The notes under the pieces were generated by a model. The model ran no database searches. It was not told the origin of the DNA and saw only the letters and a program-made list of their open reading frames with translations. Shown here one piece after another: positions 60,819 through 64,000 of a stretch of DNA of 64,000 nucleotides (positions within the stretch are counted from its first letter, which is position 1; the number at the start of each line of letters is the position of its first letter). Origin of the DNA: Malacoraja senta. Its lineage: Eukaryota. The position numbers were made by a program, and so were the translations under genes. Location: the NCBI GenBank assembly GCA_038087875.1, contig CM075989.1, positions 13,022,001 to 13,086,000 of the forward strand, written 5' to 3'.

Positions 60819-61389
60819 ATTTAAAAAAAATCTAAAATGTAAAATTGCCCAAGTTGGCGATATGCAGAGTACTGCCCTGCCGACTACAAAATTCAGAAGG
60901 TACATTCTTCCGTACCTGTTAAACAGGTGGGGGTTGTTTATTGGGATATTTTGTTCTTTTACAACAGAACCTTTCAGCTGTACCGATATATTATTGGTTC
61001 TTATTGTCAAATATACTGAAATAATGAAAAGCCAGCCAGGCAAATCATACCATGCCTGAGTGCCACAGGTAGTGCAAGAGAGAAAATATTTGCATGCAGA
61101 ATATAGTGATACGGCTAAAGACAAATGCAATGTTTTTAAAAGGAAGAGCTGCACCGAGATTGATTGGAAGATCAGGAATACAAAGTATAAGAGAGGTCTA
61201 TTTAATAACATCCGGGGAGAAGCTGTTTTTGAATCAGTGTTGTCATTCCACTGAGCGTCTGTTCAAACTGAAGGTAGATGCATTGAGCTCGTCAGGATGG
61301 AATATGCTGTCACCAATGATACGGCTAAATTTCAGTTTGCAGCCCCTTATGCTCAATCAATGGATGTCCTTGTGGTTATTCAGGGACGT

Positions 61390-61845
61390 TCGTTTGGTCT
61401 GGAGGCTGCAGAGAGTGGTGGACTGAGCCCTCCCCACAATCAAAGGCATTTGCACGAAACTGCCTCAAGAAGGTGGCATTTATCATCAAGGATTCCCACC
61501 ATGCGGGCCATACCCTCTTGTTACTACCATTGGACAGGCAAAACAAGCCTGAGTTCCATACCACCAGGTTCAGGAATAGCTACTTCCATACAATCATCAG
61601 GTTCTTGAATCGACCTGTACAACCCAAATGCTACCTCGGCAACAGAATACTATTGCCACTTTTTGCACAACTATGACTTGATTTTGCAATCTTTTTCTCT
61701 TCACTGATTTGTATTATTTCTGCATAATTTGTGTTTTTGTGGGTGTTGTGTGAGTCTGTGTCCGCGATGCTGTTGCAAGCAAGATTTTCATTGTACCTGT
61801 ACTTCAACCTACTTGTGCATATCACACGGTAAACTCAACTTGACT
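61390..61845 (+). mobile_element. Decayed Rex-Babar 3' end
   Basis: IIKDSHHAGH...[16 protein letters not shown]; aactcaacttgact tail. Confidence 0.7.
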
Positions 61846-63787
61846 CTCCCATTCCCCTACTAACCCTGAGTGTGCGGCTCGAGGGCTGGTTTCACCATCC
61901 ACAATCGGGCTGAACAAGGAAAACTGCAACTGACATCAAACTTGATGATGTTCCTTGTTCATGCTCTGTCTCTCTCTGATCACCTCCATTGACCTGTCAA
62001 CCAGGTCATCCACAGCCTAACCCACAGCAACCCTGGCCACATATATTTCATTTGTTTTTTCCATCCCTCCTATCCCCTCCCTGCAATTTGAAATTAGCTT
62101 GTATTCTCTTTTTCCCAGTGTTGACGATGGGTCTTGGACATTAACTGTCTCTCTATCCACAGACGCTGGCTGATCTGCTGACTGGTTCCCGAAATTTCTG
62201 CTTCTATATCCAATCTCCTGTACCTGCAGCTTAGATTTTAAGCCTTGAGTATCTGTTCTGCTAATGTTTCCACAGCAGAACCGCCATATATCCACACTTG
62301 CTGGTGTCCAAGTTACAGGGAGGGGATGGAGAGGACAAAGGAAATATTCTATTTTTATTATAGATTTCTTGACCTGTATTGCTCTCGCCACAAACACACT
62401 TCTCTGGACAGCATTCCTTTCTCACATTTTCTGTCGCATCATCTGCAAACTTGTTCATCACTGTCACAATATGAAATTCAAACCACTTATAGATCCAATA
62501 AAAAGCCAGGATCCCAGTCCTGGGATCCAGAGACACCACTGTGTAACACCCTGAAATTATTAAAACTCCCCTCAATTGATGTCCTTGATCACTCTGTGCT
62601 TCCTTAAATGTTCATGTATGGTTTGCTTCAGAATGTATTCCAACATCTGCCATTCATCAGTGCACTGTCTCCTGGCCTGCTGCTCATTTGGTCTTTTACA
62701 CTTTTTAAAACAATTCCATCACATCCACAGAGCTGTCCGGTGTTTATAGCCAATAAAGGACTAGAGGGTGACAACCTGGTGTCTTCCCCGCCCCCCCCCC
62801 CTTGCAGTTTTTAACTCCCTTTATTCTGTGTTCTTTTTTTAGGCTGTGGGTGTCACTTTGAAGGCCAGCAATTATTGCCCATCCACAATTGTTATGCAGA
62901 AGGTGACTCCATCTTAAATTATTGCAGTCCATCTGGCCAAGGTGTCCCCACAATACTGAAAGTGGAGGGAGTTCAAGAATTAGACTCAGCCAGAATGAAG
63001 GATAGGCAGTATATTTCCCAGTCAGGGTGGTGTGCTACGGGTACTGGTTCCCCTGAAATTCCTGATGGGAGTAGAGTGGATTTGTGAATTGCCCGTCATT
63101 GATGCCTGGGCATGCAATTGCGGTATATTTTGCAGTTGACACATACTGCACCTACAGTGTACCTTTGGGGAGTGGATAAATATTTTGAGTTAAATATTTT
63201 GGGCTGCGTTGTCCAGGATAGTGTAATGGTGTAAGCAAGGTTTGAGGATTTGGATCAATGATGAAGAAAAATAATATAGTTTAAAATAACACATTTATTA
63301 AAACACCAATAAAACAGGTCTCACGGCCACCATGGACTCTGTAGACATGAGCGTCAGCTGATAGTACTCAGTGGTCCTGGCACCGTTACGGATACTGGTT
63401 TCTCACAGCATGCACTTGTATCATCTGTGCATCTTTCCCAATCTCCAAACAATGGTCAGTTACATTTTAAAACTAGCTATGCTCCCCAACAGTGAAATCA
63501 TGGGTTGTTCATTATATTTGGCACTGAGCTGAACTTGCTTGTCTCTGGTAAGAACAAGATTATCTTATCTTATTACTGCATGTTCTTGCAGCTTCACGGT
63601 CCCAAGCCTTGCGATATATTTGTCTTCCCAAGCGAGTCTGCTTGCCTGATATGACGACTGTTAACAGACAACTCAATTTTAGTTGAAAAGTGTTTTAACC
63701 CCTACGTTACATTCCACCCCTTGGAGTTGTCAGTCTACAGTTCTCATCTAACTACATGTCATTGGGAGGCCTGGCAGCCAAGCACAA

Positions 63788-64000
63788 ATCAAGTCAAGTG
63801 AAGAGAGTTTATTGTCATGTGTCCCAGATAGGACAATTAAATTCTTGCTTGCTGCAGTACAACAGAATATGTAAACATAATACAGAACAGGAGATAAAAG
63901 TTCAGTGTGTCTATATACCATAGACCATATATATACACAATAAATAAACAGTTAAAGTGCAATGGCTGTTATCGTTCAGAGTTTGTTTGATGGTGAGTTT
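63788..64000 (-). mobile_element. Rex-Babar 3' end (same subfamily as 43720), continues past the window
   Basis: gagtttattgtcatgtgtccc.gataggacaat.aaattcttgctt shared with 43733-43780. Confidence 0.75.

Noticed and set aside
63326..63361. Perfect Kozak gccaccATGg, possible start of the next gene (SQOR expected by synteny)
   Set aside because: Frame closes after 9 codons (MDSVDMSVS*); no SQOR-like peptide or donor recognised

Overview
Vertebrate genomic DNA, most likely from a cartilaginous fish (skate/ray-like; inferred from the V-SINE, CR1 and Penelope repeat content, not proven). Four spliced genes were reconstructed by hand in the same order as human 15q21. (1) AFG2B/SPATA5L1: last exon only (+, 5640-5795). 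(2) C15orf48/NMES1 (COXFA4L3): complete, + strand, 4 coding exons at 9465-13200, 85 aa, absent from the ORF track. (3) SLC30A4/ZnT4: complete, - strand, 7 coding exons at 36944-17728, about 437 aa. (4) BLOC1S6/pallidin: complete, + strand, 5 exons at 43136-56749, 164 aa. All reconstructed introns are GT-AG and phase-consistent. Most of the remainder is transposon-derived: an L1 with an open ORF2, a near-intact CR1, Rex-Babar, RTE and Penelope-like fragments, V-SINEs, and a TIR element with an 8-bp TSD. The most striking non-annotated signal is a family of about 15 short, often palindromic Penelope-derived elements. Their best copies carry a minimal type-I hammerhead ribozyme core (CUGAAGA-stem/UUCG-GAAACGUH), and two are fresh insertions with 14-15 bp TSDs. 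Also notable are a possible decayed miR-147 remnant in the C15orf48 3'UTR, a covarying 3' stem-loop shared by several retroelements, and a structured 126-bp insertion. Homology calls rest on recalled protein and repeat motifs, not database searches; repeat boundaries are approximate.
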